Assembly (NCBI GenBank): GCA_043797265.1
Contig: JAZDPV010000018.1
Coordinates: forward strand, 1 to 64,000
Length of the DNA: 64,000 nt
Direction: 5' to 3'
From: an archaeon
GTDB taxonomy: Archaea; Nanobdellota; Nanobdellia; Pacearchaeales; GW2011-AR1
The position numbers were made by a program, and so were the translations under genes. The stretch's first letter is position 1, and each line of letters opens with the position of its first letter. Shown piece by piece: positions 36,196 to 45,700 of this stretch. The notes under the pieces were generated by a model. The model had not been told where the DNA came from and did no database searches. It worked only from the letters and a program-made list of their open reading frames with translations.

Positions 36196-36645
36196 ATGAG
36201 AGTTCATAAGAGGAAGAAGTCATCGAGAATTCGTGGGGGAAAAACTTGCGGGTGGGGATTTAGGCAGAAGCACAAGGGGCATGGGAATAAAGGTGGGACT
36301 GGAATGGCTGGGAGCGGGAAGAGGGCGGACCATAAAAAACAATCTGCGTTGATGTCTGATGAGAAAGGGCAGTATTTTGGGAAGCAGGGGGCGACGTCGC
36401 GAGGAACAAAAAAGAAAAAATATGAAAAAATTAATTTGTGCGATATTCGGGCTAACTTTGATGGGAATAAGATTGATTTGAGTAAGCATAAGATTCTTGG
36501 GAAGGGCGAAGGGTTTAAGGCGGAAATTTTGGCGAAGAGCGCGAGTGTGAGCGCGATTGAAAAGATGGAGAAGGCGGGTGGTCGAATTCTTATTGTGAAT
36601 TCGAAGAAATCAGGTGTCAGAAATCAGGTGTCAGAGGAAAATTAA
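36196..36645 (+). CDS. rpl15: 50S ribosomal protein uL15
   Basis: RG..TCGWG, GG.GMAG, KILGKG, SAIEKME.AGG. Confidence 0.96.
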   Translation: MRVHKRKKSSRIRGGKTCGWGFRQKHKGHGNKGGTGMAGSGKRADHKKQSALMSDEKGQYFGKQGATSRGTKKKKYEKINLCDIRANFDGNKIDLSKHKILGKGEGFKAEILAKSASVSAIEKMEKAGGRILIVNSKKSGVRNQVSEEN

Positions 36646-36692
36646 AGTTAATTCTACAAAACTTTATAAAAGAATTTTATGTTCATTAAATC

Positions 36693-38069
36693 ATGGGCTT
36701 AAAATGGTTATTGCATAATTTGCCTGAGGTTCGGGCGCCGACGGAGAAGAAGGTTAGTTTTAATGTTAAATTGAAATGGACACTGGTTATTTTGGTTGGG
36801 TTTTTTGTTCTTTGCAATATTCCGTTGTTTGGCATTACAGAGAGTGCGTTGTCGCGGTTTGAGTATTTGGCGATTTTGTTGGGAACGGATTTTGGTTCGA
36901 TTATTTCGCTGGGTATTGGGCCTATCGTCATGGCTTCGATTATTTTGCAATTGTTGAATGGAGCGGGGATTTTGAATATTGATACGAATACCGACGAGGG
37001 CAAGAAGTTTTTTCAGGGGGTGCAGAAATTGCTGGTTTTTGCGTTTGTGATTTTTGAGTCGATGGTTTATGTTTTGATGAGAGGGATTGCGGCCGAACCG
37101 GGTTTTGCGGGGCTTGTTATTTTTCAATTGATTATCGGGGGGCTCTTGATTGTTTTTATGGACGAGGTTGTGCAGAAGTGGGGCTTTGGTTCGGGGGTTA
37201 GTTTGTTTATTGCGGCCGGGATTGGGTGGAGATTGTTTGCTCAGTTGTTCCAGTTTATCGGGCCGACTGGGGCGTTTGAGGCGACTGGTAAAGTTTTAGC
37301 GATTGTTGCCGCGATTATTTCTGGAGGGGCTGGGACGGGGACTGAGGTTTTGAGAAATTTATTTCCGATTATTGCTACTGCTGTTTTGTTTTTGGCGGTT
37401 GTGTTTGCGCAGAGTTTGAAGGTCGAGATTCCGCTGGCGTTTGACAGGATTCGCGGGCATTCGGTAAAGTGGCCGCTGCAATTTTTTTATGCGGGGGTTA
37501 TTCCGGTGATTTTGGTTTCGGCTTTGGTTGCTAATTTGCAGTTGTTTGCGTCGCTGTTGCAGAATTGGCTGGGGCACGCGACTTTCCTCGGTGGATTTAG
37601 TTCGGGCGGGCAGGCAATTTCGGGTTTGTCTTTTTGGGTTCACTCTACTCCTATTTTGGAGACAATTATCACCGGGAGTTTTAGATGGATTTATGCCGGG
37701 CAGGCGGTGGTTCATATTTTGTTTTATACTTTGTTTTCGATTGTGTTTTCTTTCTTTTGGGTCGGGACTTCAGGGATGGACGCGAGGAGTCAGGCGAACA
37801 AGATTGTTCATTCTGGGATGAGCATGCCGGGGTTTAGGAAGGACGAGAGAGTTTTGGAATCGATTTTGAAAAGGTATGTGACGCCGTTGACAGTGATGGG
37901 TGGTGCGGCGATTGGGCTTTTGGCATCGGTGGCGAACTTGCTTGGGGCGTTAGTTGGCGGGACGGCGATTCTTTTGGCGATTATGATTTTGTATCAGTTG
38001 TATCAGAACATCGCGCAGCAGCATGCGGTCGACATGAATCCGGCGCTCAAGGGTTTCTTTGGTGCTTGA
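36693..38069 (+). CDS. secY: preprotein translocase SecY
   Basis: LGIGPIV.ASIILQLL, GFGSGVSLFI, PGFR. Confidence 0.98.
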   Translation: MGLKWLLHNLPEVRAPTEKKVSFNVKLKWTLVILVGFFVLCNIPLFGITESALSRFEYLAILLGTDFGSIISLGIGPIVMASIILQLLNGAGILNIDTNTDEGKKFFQGVQKLLVFAFVIFESMVYVLMRGIAAEPGFAGLVIFQLIIGGLLIVFMDEVVQKWGFGSGVSLFIAAGIGWRLFAQLFQFIGPTGAFEATGKVLAIVAAIISGGAGTGTEVLRNLFPIIATAVLFLAVVFAQSLKVEIPLAFDRIRGHSVKWPLQFFYAGVIPVILVSALVANLQLFASLLQNWLGHATFLGGFSSGGQAISGLSFWVHSTPILETIITGSFRWIYAGQAVVHILFYTLFSIVFSFFWVGTSGMDARSQANKIVHSGMSMPGFRKDERVLESILKRYVTPLTVMGGAAIGLLASVANLLGALVGGTAILLAIMILYQLYQNIAQQHAVDMNPALKGFFGA

Positions 38070-38131
38070 GCGCAGTTGGTAGTGAGTAGTTTTTAGTTGG
38101 TAGTGTTTAAAGATAAGGCAACTTTGTTGCC
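38043..38131. repeat. fold-back over the secY stop, 5x7-mer and C-TTT-G hairpin
   Basis: gcgctcaag/cttgagcgc; agttggt agtgagt agttttt agttggt agtgttt; ggcaac-ttt-gttgcc. Confidence 0.8.
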
Positions 38132-38189
38132 GATTTTTTTGACTTGGCTACTTGGATGAATTTATATATTTTGATTTGTTTTATTTTTT

Positions 38190-38555
38190 ATGTGGGATTA
38201 TAAAAAACTTGATGTTTGGAAGAGGGCGATTGATTTGATTCCTGTTGTTTATGAGTTGACGAAGAAGTTCCCAAAGGAAGAGTTGTATGGACTTGTTTCT
38301 CAAATGAGGAGAGCGTTTGTTAGTGTTTCTGCGAATATAGCGGAAGGGTGTGGGAGAAGGACTGTTAAAGATTATGTTTCTTTTTTGTATAATGCTTTGG
38401 GGAGCGTGAAAGAAGTTGAGAGCGAGTTGTATGTTTGTGAAAAGTTGGGATATATTTCTGGGAATAAATTGGATGATTTATTGAAAGAATTAGATGAGAT
38501 TGGGAAAATGATTGTTGGTGTTATTAGTTATGTTTCTAGTAAAAATATTGAATAG
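38190..38555 (+). CDS. four helix bundle protein (23S rRNA IVP / Avd-like fold)
   Basis: L.VW..A...Y..T..FP.EE.YGL.SQMRRA..SV.ANIAEG.GR...GS..E. Confidence 0.93.
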   Translation: MWDYKKLDVWKRAIDLIPVVYELTKKFPKEELYGLVSQMRRAFVSVSANIAEGCGRRTVKDYVSFLYNALGSVKEVESELYVCEKLGYISGNKLDDLLKELDEIGKMIVGVISYVSSKNIE

Positions 38556-38589
38556 ACAAATTTAAAAAGAAATTTTTGTTGTTGATTGT

Positions 38590-38988
38590 ATGACATTGAG
38601 TGAGGTGATGATTGCGAGCCCGAGGGTTTCTATCGCCGTTGTTTCGGTGATTGTGACTTTTGTTTCGACGTTGGCGCATAAGTGGTTGACGAATCAGGAG
38701 CATATGAAAAGTTTGAAGGCGAGGCAGAAGGAGATTCAGAAGGAATTGAGGGGATGTAAGGATGTAAATATTATGAAAGAGTTGAACGCGGAGATGATGA
38801 AGTTGACTGGGGTGATGATGAAGTCGTCGTTTCGTCCGATGTTCGTGACGATAATTCCGTTTTTGATTTTGTTCGCGTGGTTGAGAAATATTTTCACGCC
38901 GACGATGAGCTCGATGTGGATTTGGTATTATCTTGGATTTTCAATAGTTGCTTCGATTATTTTAAGGAAGATTATGAGGGTTGCGTGA
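38590..38988 (+). CDS. DUF106 (EMC3/Get1/Oxa1 superfamily) membrane insertase homologue
   Basis: TM-coiled coil-TM, SFRPMFVTIIP, WIWYY; usual position downstream of secY. Confidence 0.88.
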   Translation: MTLSEVMIASPRVSIAVVSVIVTFVSTLAHKWLTNQEHMKSLKARQKEIQKELRGCKDVNIMKELNAEMMKLTGVMMKSSFRPMFVTIIPFLILFAWLRNIFTPTMSSMWIWYYLGFSIVASIILRKIMRVA

Positions 38989-39790
38989 TTTTTTTAATAA
39001 ATTGTTTTGGGGTTAAGATTCCGAATTCGGAGATTACGCCTGTTAAATTTTTTAATTTTGTCTTGTCGAAGGCGGGATTGATGACTTGAATTTTTTTGTT
39101 TCGTTTGTCCCAAACTTCTTTCGAAGAACGTTTTTCTATTTTGATTTTTCTTGTGAATTTTTGTGAGACGGCGCAAGTGTATCTTGGGATATTGTGAAGT
39201 TTTGCGAGTTTAACTAAAGTGTTTGTTCCGATTTTATTTGCTAAATATTTTTTTGTTATTGCGTCGGCGCCGAAGAGAAATAGGTCGCATTTTTTCAGGG
39301 ATTGTTCGGCAGCGAGGTCGGGAGAAATTATTACTTTGATTTTTGCTTTGGCTAAATCTTTGGCTGTTTGCCGTCCTTGTAATAATGGTTCGACTTCAGT
39401 TGTGTAGACGACGAAATTCTTTTTTTGTTTTTTCTTGGCGTATTTTAAAATGTCAATTACCGTCGATGAATGGCAGTGGGTGTAGATGTTCATGTTGTTT
39501 TTGATTAGTTGCGCTCCTTTTTTCGCGATTTTGTCGTGAGATTTTTTCAGGTCTGATAGAAATTTTTTTGCTGTCAGATGCGGGCGTTTTGATTTTAGAA
39601 GAAGTTTTATTGCGTTTTGCATTAGTGGTTCGGTCGGTCGTGTCCTGAGAATTTTTTTTGCGGATTGTTTTGTCGGAATTAGAAGGAAAGCTTTGATGCC
39701 AGCTTTGGCTACATTTTCGGCTCCTTGAATTTTTATTGATTTAATGTCGTCGAGAATTTTGTTGAATTGTTTTATCGGGGGCTTTTTCAT
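38972..39790 (-). CDS. ribose-1,5-bisphosphate isomerase (eIF2B-alpha-like family)
   Basis: IQGA, RPTEP, THCHSSTV, GADAI, NKIGT, NPAFD.T. Confidence 0.85.
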   Translation of the reverse strand: MKKPPIKQFNKILDDIKSIKIQGAENVAKAGIKAFLLIPTKQSAKKILRTRPTEPLMQNAIKLLLKSKRPHLTAKKFLSDLKKSHDKIAKKGAQLIKNNMNIYTHCHSSTVIDILKYAKKKQKKNFVVYTTEVEPLLQGRQTAKDLAKAKIKVIISPDLAAEQSLKKCDLFLFGADAITKKYLANKIGTNTLVKLAKLHNIPRYTCAVSQKFTRKIKIEKRSSKEVWDKRNKKIQVINPAFDKTKLKNLTGVISEFGILTPKQFIKKITQPS

Positions 39791-39859
39791 TTAATATTAA
39801 TTAATGTTGGTATAAATATTTAACCAATAATTTATATATGTCTTTGTTTTCTTGTTTGC

Positions 39860-40714
39860 ATGATTGAGATGTTGGTTAAGCCGAAGCGGGCCGAGAGGCG
39901 TCCGTGGGAAATGTTTTTTATCGGGATGTTTTATGCGTCGGTGGCTTTGCTTTTGGTGATGTTTGTTTTCGGGAAGGATTCTATTTTGAAAGAGGGGTCG
40001 GGTTTATTGATTGTGATTTTCACGGTGGTTTGTTGTCTGCCGTTTATGTATTATATTATTAAATTAGAAGAGGGGAAGGATGTGGAGATTAGTGATTCGG
40101 GGCGGTTGATTAAAGAGCATTCGAAAGCTCTTTATGCGTTGATGTGGTTGTTCCTTGGATTTGTTATTGCGTTCGCGTTTTGGTATATTGTTTTGCCGGA
40201 GTCGGCGGGGCAGAATTTTAATTTTCAGATAAAAACTTTTTGCGCGATTAATAGTCCGTCGCATTATAATTATTGCTTAGAGCAGCACGGGATTCCTGTT
40301 GCGACTGGTGCAGCGACGGGGACTACTGCGATTTTGAATATTTTTTCTAATAATATTTATGTTTTGATTTTTACGATTTTGTTTTCGCTTGCATTTGGGG
40401 CTGGGGCGATTTTTATTTTGGTGTGGAATGCGTCGGTTATTGCGTCGGCTATTGGGATTTTTGCGAAAGAAAACTTAATGAGTTTACCGATTGGGGTTTT
40501 GAGATACATGATTCATGGGATTCCTGAGATTGGGGCATATTTTGTGGGAGCTTTGGCTGGGGGGATTATTTCCGTCGCTGTTATTCGGAGAGATTTGAAA
40601 GGGGAAGGGCTTTGGAGAATTCTGCAAGATTCATTGCTGATGATAATTATTGCGATTGGGATTTTGTTTGTGTCTGCTTTTGTTGAGGTTTATTTTACGC
40701 CGTTGTTGTTTTAG
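39860..40714 (+). CDS. SpoIIM/DUF95 family membrane protein
   Basis: IFSNN, WNASVI, HGIPEI, SAFVEVY. Confidence 0.85.
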   Translation: MIEMLVKPKRAERRPWEMFFIGMFYASVALLLVMFVFGKDSILKEGSGLLIVIFTVVCCLPFMYYIIKLEEGKDVEISDSGRLIKEHSKALYALMWLFLGFVIAFAFWYIVLPESAGQNFNFQIKTFCAINSPSHYNYCLEQHGIPVATGAATGTTAILNIFSNNIYVLIFTILFSLAFGAGAIFILVWNASVIASAIGIFAKENLMSLPIGVLRYMIHGIPEIGAYFVGALAGGIISVAVIRRDLKGEGLWRILQDSLLMIIIAIGILFVSAFVEVYFTPLLF

Positions 40715-40757
40715 TTAATTTAGTTAATTTTTTAAGGGATGATTTGTAGATTAAATC

Positions 40758-41744
40758 ATGGAATATTTGTTTTTGATTTCAGTGTTGGTGAGTTTTTTGC
40801 TGACGATTTTGGTTTTGCCGAAGTGGATTAAGAAATGTCGCGCGATTGGGATGGTTTGGGAAGATATGAACAAGTTTGGGCATCCGAAAAATGTTGCAGC
40901 GTCGGGTGGAGTTGTTGTGGTTATGGCGTTCGTGCTTGGGGTTTTGTTTTATCTTGCTTTGAAAACATTTGTTTTTAGCGGGACGATTAAAGCTTTGGAA
41001 ATTTTTACTTTACTTAGTGTTGTTTTGATTTTGGGGTTTGTTGGATTGACTGATGATTTGCTGGGATGGAAAAATAAAGGGCTGTCCGTGAATATTCGGC
41101 TTTTGCTTGCGGTCGTCGCGTCGATTCCCCTGGTTGTTATTAATGCTGGGAGTCATCTCATGAATGTGCCGATTTTTGGGGCGGTTGAATTTGGGGTTTT
41201 GTATCCGTTGGTTTTAATCCCGTTGGCTGTGGTCGGCGCTTCCACGACTTATAATTTTTTGGCGGGATTTAACGGGCTTGAGGCGGGGCAGGGAATTTTG
41301 ATTTTGGGGTTCTTGTCTTTTGTTGCTTATGCCACTGGGGCGGGCTGGCTTGCGGTCGTCGGACTTTGCATGGTTGGGGCGTTGATTGGATTTTATTGTT
41401 TTAACAAAACACCGGCTTCAGTTTTCCCGGGGGATATTATAACTTATGTGATTGGAGCGTTGATTGCGGGGATGGCTATTCTTGGGAATTTTGAGAAAGT
41501 TGCTTTTGTTGTTTTTATTCCGTATATTATCGAGGTTATTTTGAAACTTCGCGGTGGGCTGAGAAAGCAATCGTTTGGTGTGCCTATGAAAAATGGGAAG
41601 TTGAAATTGCCTTATGATAAAATTTATGGGCTTGAGCATTTGGCGATTTGGGTTTTGGGTTCTGGCGCGACGGAAAAGAAAGTTACTTACTTGATTCATG
41701 TGTTTCAGATTTTGTTCATCTTGATTGCGTTTTTGATGTTGTGA
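40758..41744 (+). CDS. UDP-GlcNAc:dolichol-phosphate GlcNAc-1-P transferase (MraY/GPT family, AglH-like)
   Basis: GLTDDL, NFLAGFNGLEAG, VFPGD. Confidence 0.9.
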   Translation: MEYLFLISVLVSFLLTILVLPKWIKKCRAIGMVWEDMNKFGHPKNVAASGGVVVVMAFVLGVLFYLALKTFVFSGTIKALEIFTLLSVVLILGFVGLTDDLLGWKNKGLSVNIRLLLAVVASIPLVVINAGSHLMNVPIFGAVEFGVLYPLVLIPLAVVGASTTYNFLAGFNGLEAGQGILILGFLSFVAYATGAGWLAVVGLCMVGALIGFYCFNKTPASVFPGDIITYVIGALIAGMAILGNFEKVAFVVFIPYIIEVILKLRGGLRKQSFGVPMKNGKLKLPYDKIYGLEHLAIWVLGSGATEKKVTYLIHVFQILFILIAFLML

Positions 41745-41778
41745 GAATGTTTTTAAATGGGAATGGATATTTGAATTG

Positions 41779-44469
41779 ATGGAGTATAATGATATAAAAA
41801 AATTTGTTTTAGAAATTGTATCTAATAAAAAATATCAGTGGATAGCGACGGTAATTGTTTTTTTGATTGTATTATTTGTAAGTTCTTCTATTAGGACTTC
41901 AAACTGGGATTTACTAAATGATTCGACGACGGGAGAAAAAATTCCGATGGCGCTTGACCCGTTTTATTTTTTGAGGGTTGCTGAAACTATTGTTGAAAAT
42001 AATGGAGCGCTACCGCAGTTTGATATGATGAGGGCTGGTGGCATTGGTGTAGAATGGTCTTCAGAAATAATGCCTCAGGTTGTTGTAGAATTATGGAAGA
42101 TGTCTAGTATTTTTGGGGATTATACACTGAGGGAGGTTGATGTTTTTTCTCCTGTTTTATTTTTTGGGATTGGTTTGGTTTTATTTTTTATTTTGGTTTA
42201 TGTTTTGACAAATTCTAAATTTGCGGGGGTTTTAGCGTCGACGTTTTTGGCTTTTGCTCCGGCTTATCTTTATAGAACTATGGCTGGATTTGCGGACCAT
42301 GATGTGATTGGGATGATTGGGTTTTTTGGAACATTATTGATTTTTAGTTTATCTATGAATTATTTAGATAAAATGAAGGATAGAAATTTTATTGGAGTGG
42401 GAATTTATGGAGTTGTACTCGGGGCGTTAACTGCTCTTGTTATTGCAACATGGGGTGGTGCTACTACTTTTCTTTTTATAATTATTCCTTTTGGATTTTT
42501 ATTGTTTTGGATTGTCAAACTTAAAGATAAAAAAAGTGTAATTGGGGATGTTGGAATTTTATTTTATGTTTCTTGGGTTATTTTTACTATTGTTTTTGCA
42601 ATGTTGCTTGGTTATAATGCGATGAATGTTATTAATAGATTCATTAGTTCGACTGGAATTATTGGAGCTGCAACACTTGGGTTTATTGTTTTAGACAGAA
42701 TTTTTATTGCCATTGAAGACAAGATTAAAACGAGAAAATATAATGAGAAATATCGAATATTATATGTACTGGGAATTTTAATAATGGCTAGTTTTTTTGT
42801 GCTTCCATTGATAGGTAAGAATATTTTTGGTTTTTTGTGGGAAATTATAAATCGGTTACTCAATCCTTTTTGGGAGGCGTCGAGACTTGATATAACCGTT
42901 GCTGAGAATGCCCGAACTTATCTGACTAGTTGGATTGTAAATACTGGGAAGACCATGTTTTATTTGTTTCTTGCTGGGATTGTTTTTATAGGGATTGGAT
43001 TTGTTAAAAATATTAAATCTATAAAGAATAAAATTTTGCTTTTATTTGGATTTTTGTTTATGGTTTCTGGAATATTGTTTAGCCAGATTTCTCCAAGTTC
43101 TGTTTTAAATGGAGCCAAGATTTTTGGCTTGAGTGGTTTATTTTATTTGGGTGGTTTTGGGATTTTTGCTTATTTATTTTTTAAGATATATTTCGAGGGT
43201 TGCGTTGATATTAATCCTATGATTATCGTTCTTTTTTCTTGGATGTTTGTAATGCTTGTTACTGGGAGGTCTACTGCTCGAATGTTTTTTGTTATAGCGC
43301 CATTTGTATGTTTTTGTGCGGCATATTTTGTAATTATGATTTTTAGATATTCTCAATTAAAAAGTAAGGATGAGGTATGGAATGTGTTGGTGATAGGACT
43401 TTTGATAATTTCTATTGTGGCCTCTTCGTTTGTTATTTATTCTTCTTATGGTTCTGCTTCTGAGCAGGCTAAGTATATGGGACCTTCGGCGGATGAGCAA
43501 TGGCAACGAGCAATGGCGTGGGTTCGGGAGAATACTTCAAAGGATAGTATTTTTGCGCATTGGTGGGATTATGGATATTGGGTTCAGACTCTTGGAGAAA
43601 GAGCGACGATTGCCGACGGGGGGCATGCTCAATCGCGATTTGATGGTAATCATAAAATAGGAAGATATGTTTTGACAACTCCATCTCCCGAGACCGCTCT
43701 TAGTTTTTTTAAGACTTTTAATATTGATTATTTTTTAATTGATTCTACTGATCTGGGGAAGTATCCCGCGTATTCTGCTATTGGTGGAGGGAATGGGAGT
43801 GATGCGATGGACAGGTATGCGGTGATTCCTGTGATGTTGGCTGATGCGAAACAGACAAGGGAAACTGCTAATGGGACAATGATTGTATATGGTGGGGGTT
43901 CTTATTTGTTTGAAGATATTGTTTATAATCAGAGTGGAAAAGATATATTCTTGCCCTCGGGAAAAGCAGCTCTTATTGCAATTGTTATGGAGTTGAATGG
44001 TAATTCTTTGGGCCAGCCCGAAGCTGTTTATATTTATAATAATATTCAAACTCGAATCCCTGTTCGGTATGCTTATGTAAATGATCAATTGATTGATTAT
44101 GGGGATGGGCTTGATGTTGTGATAGATATAATTCCTGTGGTTGATGGAAGTGGGACAAATCGAATGGGTGCTGTGATTTATTTATCTCAAAAGGTTTCGA
44201 AGAGTTTGTTTGCGCAGTTGTTTTTACTGGACGATGCGTTTGGAAATTATCCCACAATTAAAATTGCGCATACTGAGCCGAACTTGGTTGTTACTGCCAT
44301 GAAGGCTCAAGGAGTTGATGTTGGTGATTTTGTTTATTATCAAGGGTTTAGGGGCCCAATTAAGATTTGGGATGTTCGTAATATTCCTGAAGAAATTAAA
44401 ATTGTTGAAAAATTTAAGGAGCCGTTTAATGGAACGTTTGGGGCTTTGGATGGTATTGAATTTAAATAA
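41779..44469 (+). CDS. aglB: oligosaccharyltransferase AglB (STT3)
   Basis: DPFY, GFADHD, TVAE, WWDYG. Confidence 0.96.
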   Translation: MEYNDIKKFVLEIVSNKKYQWIATVIVFLIVLFVSSSIRTSNWDLLNDSTTGEKIPMALDPFYFLRVAETIVENNGALPQFDMMRAGGIGVEWSSEIMPQVVVELWKMSSIFGDYTLREVDVFSPVLFFGIGLVLFFILVYVLTNSKFAGVLASTFLAFAPAYLYRTMAGFADHDVIGMIGFFGTLLIFSLSMNYLDKMKDRNFIGVGIYGVVLGALTALVIATWGGATTFLFIIIPFGFLLFWIVKLKDKKSVIGDVGILFYVSWVIFTIVFAMLLGYNAMNVINRFISSTGIIGAATLGFIVLDRIFIAIEDKIKTRKYNEKYRILYVLGILIMASFFVLPLIGKNIFGFLWEIINRLLNPFWEASRLDITVAENARTYLTSWIVNTGKTMFYLFLAGIVFIGIGFVKNIKSIKNKILLLFGFLFMVSGILFSQISPSSVLNGAKIFGLSGLFYLGGFGIFAYLFFKIYFEGCVDINPMIIVLFSWMFVMLVTGRSTARMFFVIAPFVCFCAAYFVIMIFRYSQLKSKDEVWNVLVIGLLIISIVASSFVIYSSYGSASEQAKYMGPSADEQWQRAMAWVRENTSKDSIFAHWWDYGYWVQTLGERATIADGGHAQSRFDGNHKIGRYVLTTPSPETALSFFKTFNIDYFLIDSTDLGKYPAYSAIGGGNGSDAMDRYAVIPVMLADAKQTRETANGTMIVYGGGSYLFEDIVYNQSGKDIFLPSGKAALIAIVMELNGNSLGQPEAVYIYNNIQTRIPVRYAYVNDQLIDYGDGLDVVIDIIPVVDGSGTNRMGAVIYLSQKVSKSLFAQLFLLDDAFGNYPTIKIAHTEPNLVVTAMKAQGVDVGDFVYYQGFRGPIKIWDVRNIPEEIKIVEKFKEPFNGTFGALDGIEFK

Positions 44470-44532
44470 AATTGTATTTGGGACGTGGGCATGTTAAGAA
44501 AATTATAAAAGGTATGGTAGTTTGTAGTAAAA

Positions 44533-45639
44533 ATGAATTTGATTAAAATTTTTTTACAGTTTCCGTGGAGATATACTGATTCTTCTTATTATAAATATTT
44601 GAGGGAATTTCCACTAAAGAAAATTAGATATATTAATGAAAAAGATTTTAAATTTATTTTGAATAAGAATGAATTAAAAGTGAATAATTGGATAAAACAG
44701 TTAATAAAAAGATTAATTATAAAGTTTTGTTCGTCTATGTCGAATGCACATTATACGAGAATTAATAAAGAATACGATTTAATTCATTGTGCTCATTGTA
44801 TTAGTAAAAATAAAAGTCCATGGGTTTGCGATATAGAATTTGTTGGTCAGTTTTGGGCGTCCGGACTTTGTGGGAATTCTTCTTCTAAAAAGCATATTAT
44901 AAAATATATAATGGGGCCTTATTGCAAAAAAATTCTTGCATGGTCTAAATGGACTAGGAATGGAATTTTAAAAGAGTTCCCTGAAATCGAATGCAAATTA
45001 GATATTCTTTATCCAGCTGTTCCTCTTCGGGAGATGAAAAAACGTTCTTATTTAAAAATAAATTTGCTTTTCATTGGAAGAAATTTTGAGTTAAAAGGTG
45101 GCGTGGTTGCATTGGATATTTTTGATAAATTGACAAAAAAATATGATAATGTTAGCGCTACAATAGTTTCTGATGTCTCTAATGAAATTATTAAAAAATA
45201 TGAATTAAATAAAAAGATTTTGTTTTGCGGGTTGATGCCCCATGAAAAACTTTTTAAAGAAATTTATCCCAGGGCAGATATTTTTGTTTATCCTACTTTT
45301 TCTGATACTTTTGGATTTGCTATTTTGGAAGCTCAATCTTTTGGATTACCTGTTGTGGCAATGAAAACTCGATCGACTCATACTATTAAAGAAACAATTT
45401 CCGAGGGGAAAACTGGTTTTATTGTTGAGAATTTAGAAGCTGATGCGGTTAATAAAATTGCCTCTGAAGAAGTTAAAAATCAGATAACTGGGAAAATTGA
45501 GGGGTTAATTACTAATAAAAAAAAATTGGGTGATATGTCGAAAAATTGCGTAAGAGAAATTGGGAGTGGGAAGTTTTCTATCAAAAAAAGGAATAAGAAA
45601 TTAAAAAAGATTTATAGTGAGGCATTAAAATCTGAATAA
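44533..45639 (+). CDS. glycosyltransferase family 4
   Basis: DTFGFAILEAQSFGLPVV. Confidence 0.9.
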   Translation: MNLIKIFLQFPWRYTDSSYYKYLREFPLKKIRYINEKDFKFILNKNELKVNNWIKQLIKRLIIKFCSSMSNAHYTRINKEYDLIHCAHCISKNKSPWVCDIEFVGQFWASGLCGNSSSKKHIIKYIMGPYCKKILAWSKWTRNGILKEFPEIECKLDILYPAVPLREMKKRSYLKINLLFIGRNFELKGGVVALDIFDKLTKKYDNVSATIVSDVSNEIIKKYELNKKILFCGLMPHEKLFKEIYPRADIFVYPTFSDTFGFAILEAQSFGLPVVAMKTRSTHTIKETISEGKTGFIVENLEADAVNKIASEEVKNQITGKIEGLITNKKKLGDMSKNCVREIGSGKFSIKKRNKKLKKIYSEALKSE

Positions 45640-45700
45640 ATTTATCTTATAGGCATATTTTGAACTGATAACTATATAAAATCATTTTAAATATATTGAC

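Noticed and set aside
38190-38555. Complete diversity-generating retroelement
   Set aside because: No reverse transcriptase or TR/VR pair seen in the window.
38972-39790. True translation factor eIF2B subunit
   Set aside because: Catalytic Cys/Asp motifs and the presence of AMP phosphorylase favour R15P isomerase.
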